Assembly: GCF_001194135.2 (NCBI RefSeq)
Contig: NC_068986.1
Span: 55,656,419-55,692,611, forward strand
Reading direction: 5' to 3'
Length of the DNA stretch: 36,193 nt
Source of the DNA: Octopus bimaculoides
Taxonomy: Eukaryota
The notes below the pieces were generated by a model that ran no database searches, was not told where the DNA came from, and worked only from the letters and a program-made list of their open reading frames with translations. This document shows positions 33,780 through 36,193 of the stretch, one piece after another. How positions within the stretch are numbered: the first letter of the stretch is position 1; each line of letters begins with the position of its first letter. The translations under genes were made by a program, and so were the position numbers.

Positions 33780-35284
33780 TATTCACCAGAGTAGAGGAAA
33801 AAAACAGTGGTTTGCATCGGCAAAAATGCTTAGTTTTCTTTTTCTATTGCGCAATCCTTTTTAATGGTGCCCACTTTGTAGTTAGATAAATTAAGAAAGA
33901 AAGAAAGAAAAAGAGAGAGTGGGGTGTGAGTGAGAAAATGATACGTATGTGTGTTGTTTTGGCAGTAATTTACGGTTTTAAAGACAAATGATAATGATGT
34001 GGAAGCAGTAAACTCCAACCGATGTGTAATTCCAATTGACACCCATTGTTGGGAAGGGATTTTGAGGCTCTTTTGTACCGTACAAACAAATGAAAACTTT
34101 CTGGATATACAACAAAAGGGCATGGTCACGATTGGAATGTCGTTGCGTCGCTATCTCAGAAAGATTCTTGAAATATAGCTCTAGAATGATTTAACTGCCC
34201 AAGGAACATCAAGGAAACATTTTTTCCCGCTCAAGCCATTTTCTTTTGGTATCAAGTTGTCACGGTGTGGTGTAATATATTTATTAATGTGAGGGATATA
34301 TACTCTTGGTTTGTTGTAAGTGTTTGGTTTTTGCCTCCGCAGAATACCTGGTAACCGTCGTCGCCTAGTACAGAACTGTTGTGAGTTTGTCTTATGAGCA
34401 TTAATTTGATTAGCTCATTCGTTTTATTTTTTGAAGGGGAGACTACATTTCATACTTAGTTATTCGCTCGCAATCACTACGAAGTAAACGGATTAAATAC
34501 GATCCAACAATTAAATTTCAGTTACAATTGTTAGAGAAACATTCCTGTTGAAAAGGAATTCAAACAGACAAATAGTCTAGATGTGAAAACAGGTTTGTCG
34601 AATTTAAGGTTTGATGTAGGACGAAGCTCCTCATTACATCGGATATAAAATGATTCGGGACTTGTAATTTTAGAAACAATACAAATGTTTGACTATTATA
34701 GCAATTTAGGTCCATCTCTTCAACGTTCAGAGTTCAATCCAAGTGAACAATTTCTTATAGAATGAGTAACATTAGCGATAAAAAACTAACCCCATCCACT
34801 TGCTTTAAGTGGCCTAGAAATAAATAGTAGCCAAATCTAACTCAAATTGCATGCTGCTATAAAAAAAAAAGAAGAATGAAAGCTCTCGTTAGACAATGTA
34901 GTTGTAGATATATCAGAAAAATGGTCCCAACTGGAATCTTTTTGCCTTTTTCTCTTTCCAGGCTGGAATAATTAAGTACCAGGCAGATACCTGTTCCGAT
35001 TTAGTCGACTATAAACGTCAACGTAAACAAACTTCTAGATTTGGACGAAAGTGAGAAATTATTATTATCAACAGGAAACCCTGTCTGATGAGAATACAAT
35101 GTAAATCACACGAAGAATAGCACGGGAAATGGATACAGAAGTATTGATAGTTAGAAATCGATATATATGAACTAGTAAATGGATAACATAGGAAGTAGAT
35201 ACTGTTATGGAATGATGCAGATTATTGTTATAATCCACCAAGTTGTAGGAAAACCACAAGAAATTCAATGTCATAAAGGGGGGG

Positions 35285-35395
35285 GCGCAGGTATGGTTGT
35301 GTGGTTCTGCGTTCGATCTTCTTAAACGGTACTTGGGCAAGTATCATCTACGATAGCCTCGGTTTGAATAAAATTTGGTTGTCGGAAGCTGTGAG
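35285..35395 (+). mobile_element. Degraded SINE family A 5' module followed by compound microsatellites (35462-35765)
   Basis: 'gcgcaggtatggttgtgtgg...gtacttgggcaagtatcatctacgatagcctcgg'. Confidence 0.65.
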
Positions 35396-35468
35396 AAAGT
35401 CCGTCGTATACACACATCTAAATTCGGAAGTCCTGTATATTCAACGAACGAATATATTTATGCGTGTG

Positions 35469-35509
<41 letters not shown>

Positions 35510-35579
35510 GTCTACTTGTTTGTCTGTCTGTCTGTCTGTCTATCTGTCTGTCTGCCCGTGTATATATGCATATATTACA

Positions 35580-35638
<59 letters not shown>

Positions 35639-35709
35639 AGAGAGAGACGGAGAGAGGGAGACTGAAAGAGAGAGAGATGCATACATACACATAGACACAG
35701 ACACAGACA

Positions 35710-35766
<57 letters not shown>

Positions 35767-35897
35767 CCCTAGTCAATACTTGCTACCGATGACAAGCAAA
35801 TATGCAGAAATCTCGGATTTAGTAATCCTTTGCCGTTGCTGGACGCATTTCATCTGTAACAGATACTTCTTTGCTTTTTAGCACAATACGTCTATCC

Positions 35898-36193
35898 CAG
35901 TCGTTCTAAAACCGGGGCCATTTAACTTTTGGAGGTCCATAGAAGATTTTTGAGTGTCCACGTAAGCAAAATAGTAAATTTGCAACCCATGAAATAAATT
36001 TTGCTTTACCAAGAAACAGCTAAATTTCCTTTTCTAACGTTTTACATGGTTCAACCTACACAAGTTAATGTGTGAAAAACAAGATAGGAATTTTGAAAGA
36101 AGTATCTATAAAACTATTTTTTAAAACCTCGAATGCCTAAGGAATCCTCCAGAGTGATATAATAATCAAAGAGGTACATAGGTAAAAAATGGT
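35898..36193 (+). mobile_element. Probable hAT/Charlie-type element left end, truncated by the window edge
   Basis: Starts CAGTCGTTCTAAAACCGGGGCC, similar to the CAGTGGTTCTCAACC terminus of hAT MITEs. The other end is not visible. Confidence 0.45.

Noticed and set aside
1914-35792. Long ORFs in the ORF track rich in HT/YI/CV/LS repeats or X
   Set aside because: They are translations of (CA)n, (TA)n, (TCTA)n and (TATG)n microsatellites or of N-gaps, not genes.

Overview
AT-rich eukaryotic (animal) genomic DNA from a gapped draft assembly: nine N-gaps total about 4.1 kb (~11%), mostly flanked by microsatellites. The dominant tRNA-headed SINE families resemble those I recall from octopus genomes, so a coleoid cephalopod (probably Octopus) is inferred, not proven. 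There is no intact long ORF; almost all ORF-track entries are translated microsatellites or N-runs. The window is mostly repeats: three SINE families (about 20 copies), a Helitron with a RepHel helicase C-terminal remnant, three decayed Penelope-like fragments, an RTE LINE 3' end, a pogo/Tigger-like element with a nested hAT MITE, a mariner-type MITE and weaker LINE/LTR remnants. The best candidate for host function is a phase-compatible chain of short minus-strand exons (22394-22442, 20615-20647, 3425-3469, 1665-1698, 149-179). They would encode a hydrophobic, multi-pass-membrane-like peptide, and one of them is almost entirely a perfect palindrome. This gene model is a low-confidence inference from splice signals and needs RNA evidence. 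I found no CRISPR, rRNA or genuine tRNA gene, and no clear novel multi-gene system.
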